A DNA stretch of 60,083 nt from Octopus bimaculoides (Eukaryota). The notes under the pieces were generated by a model. It ran no database searches. It saw nothing but the letters and a program-made list of their open reading frames with translations, and was not told the origin of the DNA. The DNA lies in assembly GCF_001194135.2 (NCBI RefSeq), contig NC_068981.1, positions 183,906,959 to 183,967,041 on the forward strand, written 5' to 3'. The first letter of the stretch is position 1, and every line of letters starts with the position of its first letter. A program made the position numbers and the translations under genes. Positions 45,493 to 57,740 of the stretch are shown here, piece after piece.

Positions 45493-48400
45493 GTAAGAGA
45501 TTTGTTCTTTTTAATAATACTAATCTATGTTTTTGAGATCAAGAATTATGTACATTATTCACAATGGACGGATAGGTGTCCTTACCTTGTTTATTGTTAC
45601 CAGGTTTCGGCTGATGTACTCTCCAGCTTTCATTAGTTCTGGTGGAATTTCGAATCCAACCCTTTGACTAATGGGGGTACTCCTTTCTCATTTATAAGGT
45701 ACTCTTTTTTGCTGATGTTAAGGTTTTCTGTTAATATCATTTCCCAAGTCCCTGCCTGGGACTGAACTCAGAATCCTTAGAGGATAAGAGTGTGGGCTAC
45801 TAACCCTCAGATTCCGAGTTCAATCCCAGGCAGAGACTTGGGAAATAATATCAACAGAAAAAAAAAATAATAACATCGGCAAGAAAGAATTCCTTAGGGT
45901 TGGGGTCGAAATTCTACCAGGACACCTGATGAAGGCTGGAGAGTACATCAGTCAAAACGTTATAGTAACAACAAACAAGGTTAGAACACCTGTCCATCCA
46001 TTGTAAATGTTTTTTGGTGGTGTTTTAATTTTATTTATTCCAACTCTTTTTTCTTTTACAACTTGACCCTTTATCCCTTTGGGGTCAATAAAGTAAAGTA
46101 CTGTTCATATACTGGGACCAATACAATCAGCAAACTCTTTCCTCTTAGTTTTTGCTGGTCTTATTACCAAAATCAGAAAGAATTCATTCTTTATTATTAA
46201 TTTCATTTTTTTTTCTTTTTTAAAGTCATTCAATTTTATGAAAATCCTCACACTTATTACCTGCTATTGTATAGCTCCCTCATTCATTACCCACATATAT
46301 ATATATAGGGGTACAAGAGTGGCTGTATGGGAAGGCGGTGATCTGGCAGAATCATTAGTGCGCCAGGCGAAATGCTTAGCAGTATTTCGTCTACCATTAC
46401 GTTCTGAGTTCAAATTCCGCTGAGGTTGACTTTGCCTTTCATCCTTTCGGGGTCGATTAAATAAGTACCAGTTATGCACTGGGGTCGATATAATCGACTT
46501 AATCCGTTTGTCTGTCCTTGTTTGTCCCCTCTGTGTGTAGCCCCTTGTGGGCAATAAAGAAATAAGAAGCTTACTTACCAGCCACACGGTTCCGGATTCA
46601 GTCCCACTGCATGGCACCTTGGGCAAGTGCCTTCTACTATTATCTCAGGCCAACCAAAGCCTTGTGAGTGGATTTGGTAGACGGAAACTGAAAGAAGCCT
46701 GTTGTATATATATATATATGTATGTATGTGTGTGTATATGTTTGTGTGTCAGTCCCCCCACCATCGCTTGACAACTGATGATGGTGTGTTTACAGCCCCA
46801 TAACTTAGTGGTTCTGCAAAAGAGACCAATGGAATAAGTACTAGGCTTACAAAGAATAAGTCCTGGGGTCACATGAAAATCATCATCGTTTTAACCCCTA
46901 CTTTTCCATGCTGGCATGGGTCAGATAAAATTTGCTCAGACAGATTCTCTGCAACAAATTCCTTTCCTGCTGCCAAACTTCACCTGTTTCCATACAAGGT
47001 CATAATTCCTTGCAGTCAGATATACTTTTCATGGAAGACTGAAAAAGAACAACTGCACTCGTTTACAATTATCATGATGCCAAAACAAAAACACACATTT
47101 GCCAACATGGAAAACAAACATTAAATGGTGCTACTTTGGCATGTGATCTACAATTTAAAGGGAGATTACTTTGAAAAGTAAACTAAAATGTAACAATTTC
47201 TAAATTTTTAATAAATTCTTTTGTACATACTTAGCATTGTAAATACGTTTTCAGAATTGTTACTATTCTGATAATAATAATATAATCATGTTTCATTTAT
47301 GTCTTCGTAAATAAGAAACCAAGAATAAACAATATAATAATTGTAAAGAATAAAAAGTTTTGAATGGTACAACAATGCACTATAATACAAAAAACAGATT
47401 ATATACCTGTTGTAATTTGGTTATCCATAGTCTGATGATATTTCGGTATACAATTCCTTCTTCAGATATTCTTAGATGGAGTCTCTGCTATAAACTGTTT
47501 TCCAATGGCTTTTCTTTTTTCGGAAGTGTCTCAGTAGTGGTCTCACGAAGCTCCTTCCAAAATTCCTCAAGAGAAGTGTGTGAAGTCGGTTATGTCTCAA
47601 TCTCGATAATTAAACTAAGCATGTAGACCACACAAGTTTGGCAACATAACGTTGACAAAATTTCACTGCTTTTCACCTTCTTTTCAACCCCCATTTCTTC
47701 ACCACAACAATGACATGGGGCAACATTTTCTTCACCATCTAAAAGAACACTTCTTCGTAAAATTGAAACTGCCTTCATCTCATCACTGATCACATTGTAA
47801 AATTCTTTAGCCAACATCTTAAGGGTTTTTAGGAATTGAAAAGAAACAAAAAAAAAGTAACCTAGAGTAATCTCCCTTTAAATTGTAGATCACACGCCAA
47901 AGTAATACCCATTAAATGATGACAAGAGGCGGTGAGCTGACACTCATTAGCCCACCGGATGAAATGTCTAGCAGTATTTCATGTCTTTACATTCAATAAA
48001 ATAAGTTGATTGCAGGGGATGGATATAATGAACTATACCCCCAACCCACCCAAATTTCAAGCCTTGTGCCCATCGGAGCAGAACATCCTTCAAAATCGTT
48101 AGGCCTTGTGCCCATAGGAGCAGAACATCCTTCAAAATCGTTAGGCCTTGTGCTGAAATTCAGGGCAAAATGCTTAGCAGTAGTCAGTCTTCACATTATG
48201 AGTCCCTCACCCCACCCCGAAATTGCTGTCCCGGTGTCAAAATAGTAGAAAGGATATGTGTGTGATCATTTAGCATGTTTTGCATGCTAGCATAACCACA
48301 CAGCCACAGCTGTGTGTATAGAAGAATGTAGATATAGGGGCTTTGAGAAAAATGTAACCAATTGATTGACTTTTGTGGTCAAAGATGCCCATCTATGAGT

Positions 48401-50903
48401 AATCAGACATGAATGATACATGTGACATGTCTTCCTTGAGGAAATTAAAATGAAACAGATACACTTAGGAACTGAATGTGAGTTGCACCTCATATCACAG
48501 TGCTCAGCACATGTAGAAGCGTGTGTGTGCGTGTTACTATGTCCTTACCTTAGCAGTGTGTGATGTTTGGTCATGGGGAAATGTTATCTTGTTTGAAAGG
48601 AGGTGAGGGTTAGTGACAGGAAGGGCATCCAGCCATAGAAAATCTGCCTCGGCAAAATTCCATTCACCCCATGCAAAGAAGAAAAAAGTGAGCATTAAAC
48701 CAATGTGTGGACATGCATGTGCATGTGTGTATATGTGTGTGTGTGTGTATGTACATGTGTGTGAGCGCTAACAGCATCATCTGAGCTGGATCACTGCCAG
48801 AGCAGCGTTCTCACTCCCGTGCCGGTGGCATGTAAAAAGCACCATTTGGGTGCGATCGTTTCCAGCTTCGCCTTACTGGCACTTGTGCCGGTGGCATGTG
48901 AACAAAACATTGGCTGACTCCTGTGCAGGTGGCACATGAAAAGCACCATTTGAGCATGGCCGTTGCTGGTACTGCCGGACTGGCCCTCGTGCCAATGGCA
49001 CGTAAAAAGCACCCACTACACTCTCGGAGTGGTTGGCGTTAGGAAAGGCATCCAGCTGTAGAAACTGCCAAATCAGATTGGAGTCTAGTGTAGCCATCCG
49101 CTTCGCCAGTTGCCAGTCAAATTGTCCAACCCATGCTAGCATGGAAAGCAGACGTTAAATGATGTTGATGATGATAAATATATGTACGTGTGTATACACA
49201 TACATACACACTTGCATGTAGTCTTGTCTAGACATTTGATAATTGTAAATGAACATCACTGGTCACACAATAACAAACACATGCACTGGTTCGATATCAC
49301 TTCTTTATTGTTAGTCAATCAGTTAAATATCTAATGAAATAACAAATTGACCATTTGTTTAACATGCTAGTTAAACCAGGGTGTTATTATTAAGGCAGCA
49401 AGCTGGCAGAATCATTAGCATTCCGTCTGCCTCCATGTTCTGAGTTTAAATACTGCCAAGGTCGACTTTGCCTTATCAATAAATTACGAACCAGTCAAGT
49501 ACTAGGGTTGAGGTAATCGACTATCCCCATTCTCCCAAAATTTTAAGCCTTGTGCCCATGGCAGAAAAGGGTTATTATTGGTGTTTTGAGCCTCCCAAGA
49601 CAACAAAACTAAATATATTTCAGGAATTTAGGTGACTACCATAGACTTGAGATATGCATCTGGTGAACAGAATGTATTACCCAATTTTGATTCACTCTGA
49701 AAGCCAGCCATTTCACTATTCAATTACATGATCCATGCCTTGAAAGCTACAACTTCTCTTTATGTAGATGATATCTTAAGTTAGAAAACAATTGTGTAAT
49801 GTATTTCGATGTTGATGGACTGATTCAAATGATAAGTTCTTTCTGTATAATGAATTCTTAAATTTATTTTGTTCCTTGTTCCAGGATATGGTCACATTGC
49901 ACCCAAAACCATGTGGGGCCGCATTGTTACAATCATCTATGCCATATTTGGTATCCCGTTGACCTTGCTATGTCTGCGAACAATTGGTTCTTTTATGGCA
50001 GGAATATTCAAATTCATCTATGAAAATATTTGCTACCAACTTTATAAGCAATGGCAACGTTTAAGGATTTATATCCTCAAAACTAAACGAAAGCAAACAC
50101 TGCGATTTCTTCAAGCAAAGATGGTCCTGGAGGAATTGATTGAAAAAAGCAATGAATTATTGAAATCAACAGATGATAGTGACAGTTCCCAAAGCAGTTC
50201 TGAAGACGACTTGAAAAATTCTATCAACAAAGAATTACACCAGAGAGAAATAAAGAAAGGTCGCCAAAGAATTCTGAAATGGAAATCTCGTAAAAATATC
50301 AGGAAGAAACTCAGGTTATCAAAGCAAGTTTCGGTACAGCAGCAACCAAACCAAGAAACAAATGATTGTGACACGACTCAGAGAATTGCAGAAGATTCTT
50401 GTAAAATAACAATGTCACCTCAAAGTAGTAAGACAGCATTTGTTGAAGAAAATGATATTCTATTCCAAGAAAAACCAGAAGGCCATGATGGCATCAAGCT
50501 TCGCCCACGAGGTTCACATCATGAAATCCGTGTCCCCGTGTATATAACCCTTCTTGTTATTGCAGGTTATATATTTATAGGGGCAGTGTTGTTTTCTCTG
50601 TGGGAAAAGAACTGGGATTACCTAATCGGTTCCTATTTTTGTTTTGTTACTCTGAGTACAATTGGGTTTGGAGATTTCGTGCCGGGGTCAGATGTCGATT
50701 CATGGTCAAGCGCTGAAAAACAGGCAATATGTACAATTTATCTTCTGTTTGGTTTGGCAATGATAGCCATGAGTTTCAACTTGATGCAGCAAGAGGTCAA
50801 ACTGAAATTTATTGATTTAGGCAAACGGATTGGATTGATTGATGAAATAGCAATTGCAAGCGTCAATGGCGATGAAGACGAAGAAGAGAACACACATGAG
50901 TAG
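45030..50903 (+). CDS. Two-pore-domain (K2P/TWiK/KCNK family) potassium channel, join(45030-45492, 49885-50903), 493 aa
   Basis: M1-cap-P1 (WSYTGALLYSVTVVTTIG|YGHIAP), M2, long loop, M3, P2 (YFCFVTLSTIGFGDFVP), M4. The phase-1 GT-AG intron splits TTIG/YG. Orthology cannot be assigned from the sequence alone. Confidence 0.95.
45551..46010. mobile_element. Family E full inverted dimer (~460-bp foldback) in the K2P intron
   Basis: Left arm is the reverse complement of the right arm. Hammerhead-like cores at 45604-45636 (minus) and 45926-45961 (plus); tRNA B-box-like gagttcaatccc near the centre. Confidence 0.8.
46334..46568 (+). mobile_element. SINE family B (tRNA head; gtcgactttgcctttcatcctttcggggtcgat central domain) inserted in the head of a SINE A copy (46308-46870)
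   Basis: The SINE A head breaks at gggaag| and resumes at |aagcttactt. Other family B copies near 1050-1480, 9930, 10800, 20320, 47927, 49392, 51885. The central domain resembles the Sauria/MetaSINE type from memory, unverified. Confidence 0.8.
48061..48153. repeat. 42-bp tandem duplication (2.2 copies) inside a SINE B copy
   Basis: gccttgtgcccat(c/a)ggagcagaacatccttcaaaatcgttag x2. Confidence 0.9.
48810..49173 (+). mobile_element. Family D repeat with four copies of a 5-prime module
   Basis: gtgc(c/a)ggtggca(t/c)..aaaagcacc near 48819, 48885, 48923 and 48989. Confidence 0.8.
49885..50903 (+). CDS. K2P channel coding exon 2 (GYG, M2, loop, M3, P2, M4, acidic tail)
   Basis: Acceptor gttccttgttccag at 49884; open to TAG at 50901-50903; AATAAA about 50 nt downstream. 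Confidence 0.95.
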
Positions 50904-51139
50904 ACATAGAACAAGAACTTTCAATGACAAGCTGAACAAGACCTTTTTTTTTTAATAAATATATATTTATTTCTCAAAGTAGACCACAAATTTGATCAAA
51001 TTTATAAATGAGTTGAAGGGTTTGTTTTACCTTAAAAGAAATATTGAAATTCTTCATGTAGTTGGACCTAATATTACTGAGTCATGACTTATTTATATAA
51101 TTATTAATTATTATTATTACAAAAGAAATAATTATACAA

Positions 51140-51865
51140 TATAAAATTAAATTATATAAAATGAATCATTATTAAAAAAAAAAAAAATTATATAAAATGA
51201 ATCATTATTAAAAAAAAAATATAAAATGAATCATTATTAAAAAAAAATAAATTACATAAAATGAATCATTAAAAAAAATTATATAAAATGAATCANNNNN
51301 NNNNNNNNNNNNNNNNNNNNNNNNNNNNNNNNNNNNNNNNNNNNNNNNNNNNNNNNNNNNNNNNNNNNNNNNNNNNNNNNNNNNNNNNNNNNNNNNNNNN
51401 NNNNNNNNNNNNNNNNNNNNNNNNNNNNNNNNNNNNNNNNNNNNNNNNNNNNNNNNNNNNNNNNNNNNNNNNNNNNNNNNNNNNNNNNNNNNNNNNNNNN
51501 NNNNNNNNNNNNNNNNNNNNNNNNNNNNNNNNNNNNNNNNNNNNNNNNNNNNNNNNNNNNNNNNNNNNNNNNNNNNNNNNNNNNNNNNNNNNNNNNNNNN
51601 NNNNNNNNNNNNNNNNNNNNNNNNNNNNNNNNNNNNNNNNNNNNNNNNNNNNNNNNNNNNNNNNNNNNNNNNNNNNNNNNNNNNNNNNNNNNNNNNNNNN
51701 NNNNNNNNNNNNNNNNNNNNNNNATTAAAAAAAAATAAATTATATAAAATGAATCATTATTTAAAAAAATTATATAAAATGAATCATTATTAAAAAAAAA
51801 TAAATTATATAAAATGAAACATAAAAAAAATTATATAAAATGAATCATTAAAAAAAATAAAAAAT
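51140..51865. repeat. AT-rich minisatellite, ~30-35 bp unit ttatataaaatgaatcattatt(a)n, spanning gap 51296-51723
   Basis: Copies on both sides of the gap. Confidence 0.9.
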
Positions 51866-53859
51866 ATTCATCATTAATATTATTAAGGTGGTAAGCTGAC
51901 AAAATTGTTTAGCAGCCAGGTGAAATGCTTAGCAGCATTTTGTCTTAACATCCAGAGTTCAAATCCCAAAGTCAACTTTGCCTTTCATTCTTCCAGGGTT
52001 GATTAAGTAAGTACTTAGTTGAGCCCTGGGGTTGATGTGATTGACATACCCACTTCCCCAAAATTTCTGGCCTTGTGCCAAAATTTGAAACCATTACCAT
52101 AATCATGAAGTAAGGGTAGTGAATTGGCAGAATTGTTAGAACATGGGGGGGGGGAAGCCATGCAATATCTCCTTAGGCACATAGGTTTTGAGTTCAAATC
52201 TTGCTCATGCCAACTGTCTCACCCCACTAAGGGTGCTAAAAGAAAATACTAGCAGGGATTATGTGGGGAACAGGAAGGAATTCTGCTTTAAGAATGCCAT
52301 ATAAACCCCACCATAACATTTTATACTTTTGGGGGGAATTTCCAGACAATTTTTACCAATTTATATTCTACAAACTGGCTTTCACATGACTATGAAAATA
52401 AAAAAATTAAAAAAATTCTTTATTTAATTTTGTGAATTTCTTTTTAATATCAGTTTTGAATATAGACAATCCCAAATTTTGGCTTAATTCCCAGGAATAT
52501 GCCATTATGTGTTTATGGGGAAAAAGAGACTGGAAAACATCAATGCATCAGACCGACAATCACATGAGGTGGTATGATGTTGTTGTGAGGAGCTAAAAAT
52601 AACAGGTAAATAACCCTTAAATCATGCACCAACACTTTTTGGGTTTTTGTATAATCGTATGAATTCCATGTGTAGGACACAAATTTGCAAACTTTTTCTG
52701 AAAATTACAAAAGACTTAAAGCACGAAAATAAAGCAAAAACAAAATTTTGTGAGAGGTACGATACAGGGGATAAGGGGGAGAGATTCTTATCTTTTTTAA
52801 TGTGACTTGAATGGGTTTCAGAATGTGAACTGCAATAAAATAATGAAGGGTGGGAGAGCTATTCCATCCCAGAAAAATACTTCAACATTTGGCAGAGTTC
52901 TGATCAAAAACCACCATTTAATTAGTTGTGACTTTTCTATCTTTTGGGTATTTTTAGAAAATTCTCGTGAATCTGTGTACTACACATTGTATCTAGTATG
53001 ATAATGCAAAGTATCGAAGATTTTTTTCTTTAATCCCTGCCCCAAATCCTAAAATTTTCAAAGAGTTGTTTTGTTGGTGAGAAAGGTTTCTTACAACAAA
53101 GAGATGTTATTTTGATTTAGGGGCACGTAAGAGAAACGTCTGTAGTCATAACTCCCGTTTCACGGCCAATGGGTTCACTAAAACAAAACCAACAACAGTA
53201 ATGGGCAATGTACAAAAAACTTGTTTATCATGATTTACAGTCTTACTATCTTCCAAAGCTATTGCCAAACACATAGGAATATCCTGGAAGTGGTAAGCAG
53301 TCATACTTGTATTGTTTGCATGTAATATACATTGCAGATCAAAGATTAACTCCTCTTTCAAATTTGGAAGGTTAAATGACCAAGCCTGCTCGTTGCAATT
53401 TGCCACAAAATATAGCTGCAAAAACTGGGGATTTTTGCCTTCAGTTGGCAACAAAAATCCAATACAATGGTATACTTGACCTCAACCTGACTTGGACTGT
53501 AGGTTGTCCATATTTGGACTGTAGGTTGTCCATATTTGGACTGATTACAAGCCACTAATTGTTACCAAAAGACATTTGAGAAAGTGGGATTTTGCTGTGG
53601 AGAAAAGCACTGAGATAATCTGTTAGAGTCAAGTAGAGTTCCGTGAAGTCAACATGAGGGAACCGGGCCTCCTCCTTAGACTAAGCTACAACAGTGACTA
53701 TTCAGACAATCAGGACCTCAGTAGATTCTGCCCCACCAGGTCACAGAGGGGAAGACCACCATCACCTTAGCAGTGAAGAAAAACACTGCAGAGTGCTGGA
53801 GTGTCTGAACCGTACCCACCCAACACTCTGAAAACAACAATCAGGTGAAAGGAATGATT

Positions 53860-54450
53860 TGCACATGCAATAGGGGCTAGTGTAAGAATCACATAGTAAA
53901 GTTTAACAAGAAACTATACATGCAGGTTCAAGGTGCAGCTATGGGTGTCAGTGTAGCTGGAGATATGGCTGGCCTCATCATGACCTGGTGGGACAGAAAA
54001 ACTTAAGCAATCCTTAGCAGAACAGTCCAAAACTGTTTTACTTTACAGTAGGTATGTAGATGACATTAATATCCTAGTTAAGACCAACTCTTAGTAACTG
54101 AAAGGAAGATAATGGAGCGCATCCAGCAAATAGCTAACTCCAACTACCAAAGCATCAAGGTAACTATAAATTAACCCACTGGGCACCCCAACAATAGACT
54201 CCCTGTCCTTGATACTGCACTTTGGTTCGAGACTGAACAACAGAGTGCAGCTCCTCCACTCCTATCACATAGCTTTGAAATACATTGCTCACAAGAACTC
54301 AGCTTTGTCACACATTCATTATCCTTACTATCAGTATTGTTAATTTCCATGTGTCCCCACTCCGCAAACCCTATGAAACGAAGAAATATGTGCAGGACTT
54401 CATGCAATTCTCTGGATATGATCAGAAAGATAGGGTTCGACCATACAGGA
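53860..54450 (+). mobile_element. Penelope-like element RT fragment 1 (degenerate)
   Basis: FNKKLYMQVQGAAMGVSVAGDMA..RYVDDINI (YVDD 54053-54064)..NRLPVLD. Confidence 0.75.
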
Positions 54451-54759
54451 GTGCTACAAAGAAGTTAGATAATATTATATGTAATGAAACCAGTGGTACC
54501 TGCCCTGGATATAGAAGCGAAAACTGGAACAGAATAAAAAGAGCTTGTGACAAAGCAAACATGGTATAAAACTGACAAATATCAAGGAGTGATGTTTGTA
54601 GAGGCCACAGCCCATGGAGAACTAGATTTAGCAAAGCTCTGAATGAGACCCAACTCAACATTAATCAATTAAAGGAGCCACTTGAAATGCTCATAATGGA
54701 TTGACAAATGTATATCCCCACTGGAATAACATCACCCGGGCTGAATTGAACCCATTCAC

Positions 54760-55280
54760 ATCAACACCATCGTCAAGCCGGCGGATAAAGGTGGAGCAGT
54801 GGTGATGCAGTGTGCAGACCTATACAAGGAGGAAGCACTCAGTTTCAAAACCTCCACTTCCATCTCCTGCTCCCCTTCTACCAGCAGCGCATGTCCTCCA
54901 TTCATGATCTTGTCTCCTCTTTTGCCCCCCCCCCCCCAACCTGATCATCCAAACATCCCATACTTCCACCATCTATTTAGTTCCAAAAAATACACAAACG
55001 CTACAACCCTGGCTGCCCCATTATTTCCATCTGCAACTTATTTGTTGGCTAACATTGAGGTCCAAATATTCTCACAATTCTCCGGAACAACCCCAGAGCT
55101 ATACGGTCACACGTGTAGATAACTGTATAGGTGCCAACTCTGTCTCCCATGAACAACTCTCCAATTTCATCTCTAACTTCCAACCTTCTCTCCAATTTAC
55201 CTCTACCACCTCTGTAATCTTGGATCTCACTCCATTGATCTCCCCACCTCCATCAAACCCACAGACTCCCACCTAGTATT
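54760..55280 (+). mobile_element. Penelope-like RT fragment 2 (internally deleted)
   Basis: IVKPADKGGAVV; EVQIFSQFSGTTPELYG, shared with the 58700 fragment. Confidence 0.7.
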
Positions 55281-55439
55281 TTGTATGGTATATGTCTCAC
55301 AGCATGGTTTTGGACAGGTTCTTCATTGACTGAGTTGTAGAGTGGTGGTTCATATCTAAATTAGTTATATACATATATTATATATTATGAAATTCGGTCC
55401 AATATCATTATACTGAATTTTACCCGTAAGGTTGGAATA

Positions 55440-56340
55440 ATACTGCTGCTTCCAGGGCTTCAGAGGGCCAGCAACAAACGGCCAACGCTGCTGCTACTGC
55501 TGCTTCCAAACGTTTGGAACAACGGACGACTCACCTTGCCGCTATCACTGCTTCCATGGCTTCTGAAGATGCAGGTGGCCACTCCATTACCATTGCAAAT
55601 GTCGCTTCTGCTACCGCACCTTCCCATGACCAACGTTCTACATTGCAGCGGAACAGTCGACGGCGAGATCCTGCCTACGGTGTGACGACTCCCAACAGCC
55701 CTTACTGGCACCTAAGCGCTTTCAACTATGAGCCAAACTTTAATTACTCCATCTGCGCTGACATAAATATTGGATAAAATGTGCTTCAATTGTTAATTCT
55801 GCAATGCTAAAAAGTGGGCTGCCGAGCCACTTCGAATATGCTGCTAAAACAGTTATGTCAGCTTGGCCCCTCTTCCCCAACTGCCACAGCCTTTGAAGGA
55901 ACTACTTACTAGTTCTACCTCAAGCTCATCCAAATTCCTTCAAATCATCAGGAATTACAATTGTGCGTTTCAGATGACTTCTTTCGGGGCTAACGTTGTC
56001 ACAGACAGTGGTTGGATGCCTACTTTCAAGGTCCAGGGACAGGTATACCATCTCAGTGGGTCACTCCACCCACTACCAAATTGCAAGCCGTCATTCCTCC
56101 AAATTTATTTCATTTCCAATTACAGTAGGCAACCCGATGTGCGATTCAGCGTTATTCCACCACCTGCAAACACTGGTGAGCACGCACAACGTTATAACGC
56201 TCCTTCGTGCAATGAAGTCGCTGTACTTCTCCATGGTGAACAGCACAATAAGCGAGACATAGTTATTCATAGCCGTGACAGTGGTCTCCAACGTATTTCT
56301 GAGACACATCGTTCATACGATGCCCTGCAGTTTCCCATTC
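55440..56340 (+). mobile_element. Helitron RepHel N-terminal fragment
   Basis: IRNYNCAFQMTSFG, FKVQGQVYHLSGSL, RYNAPSCNEVAVL, RDIVI, LQRISETHRSYDALQFP are Helitron hallmarks; stops and frameshift upstream at about 55777-55860. Confidence 0.88.
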
Positions 56341-56819
56341 ACACACAAACATATTCAATTTCTGACATATCACTTCTATAGATGTACCCTGTTTCTATTT
56401 CTAGCAACTCGTAGCAGTTGTCAACATTTTGCATGTAGTGAAGAATTATGTGTACTAACGACAAATTAAGTCCAGTGAATAAATTATATTTAATTATGAA
56501 TTCATTCACTCATTTGTTTACATCAAAGGCACACACATTCCTTTTGCATCTGTTTACCATTATACACATTTAACCACTACAACTTCAACCGTCACCTCCG
56601 ACTTATAGAATTCTTCAACCATAAAGATTAAATGATGAATCAATAGTCAGGCGGTACTGGCAACGATCTCGCTCGAATGTCTTTACACGTGCCATCTGGC
56701 ACAAGTGCCAGGAAAGCAATGCTGGGCACAGGTGCCATGATGATTTCAAAATTTCTCCTAAATACCCACAGATGTAAACAAAACCTTTGTAAAAAGAAAA
56801 GAAAGCCTTACAAACACTG

Positions 56820-57740
56820 AAGAATAACAACACAAACATCCTAAAAGAAGCCGACAAGGGAGGGGCAATTGTTATCATGGACAAAGACTATCATAAAGAT
56901 AAAATATTGGAAATGTTAACAAACAAAACCTACTACAAGGAAGATCCAAGGCACTCAGAAAAAACAATAATGAATAAAATCAGAAGGCTAATCAATGAAT
57001 TCCAAGATTCTTTCATTGACAAAGAAAAAGAGTATATATATGCAACTCTGTTATCAAAGAGAGCAATTTTTACGGATTGCCTAAAATCCACAAAAACTCC
57101 GAAATACAAAATGCCATAAATAAGCAGAAAAACCAATACATAAAAATACTAAGGCCTGCTGACCTCAAACTAGGGCCAATAGTTAGTTGCTGGACCTCAA
57201 GCACCAACACAACAGCTAAGTCATTTTCTAGATATACTNNNNNNNNNNCCAACACAACAGCTAAGTCATTTTCTAGATATACTCCTAAAACCTTTGTGTC
57301 CATTAATACCCAGCTATGTATGGGAATGGCATAGATTTCATCCAACACATTCCCCCCACTGTTGCAGAAGGTACTATACTAGCAAGTTTTGATGTTACTA
57401 ATCTCTATACTAATATACCTCACACTTTAGGCCTAGAAGCAATCAAACACTGTGTAGAAAAACATAGAGAACGGATAAATGATCGCTTCAAGACTGACTT
57501 CACCACCAAGCCCATACGTCTAGTACTAGAGGAAAACACCTTTAAATTCGACAATAAAACATATCGGCAGATAAAAGGTACAGCTATGGGTAGGCAATTT
57601 GCACCCTCATATGCAAACTTAGTCATGGGATACTAAGAAGAAAAGCTATACGAGGAAGTAGAAAAAACTTTTGATCAGGAATACAAAAAATATATCATTA
57701 AAAAATGGAAACGCTTTCTTGATGATTGCTTCATCTTGTT
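56820..57740 (+). mobile_element. Penelope-like RT fragment 3
   Basis: ADKGGAIVIMDKDY, FYGLPKIHK, LASFDVTNLYTNIP, YRQIKGTAMG..FAPSYANL, WKRFLDDCFI; frameshifts and stops present. Confidence 0.88.

Noticed and set aside
48819-49015. CRISPR-like repeat-spacer array
   Set aside because: Eukaryotic context, no cas genes, irregular spacers, degenerate repeats, and the module is part of an abundant interspersed family.
57190-57282. Direct repeat on both sides of the 10-N gap
   Set aside because: Identical sequence flanking a minimal gap is typical of an unmerged contig overlap.
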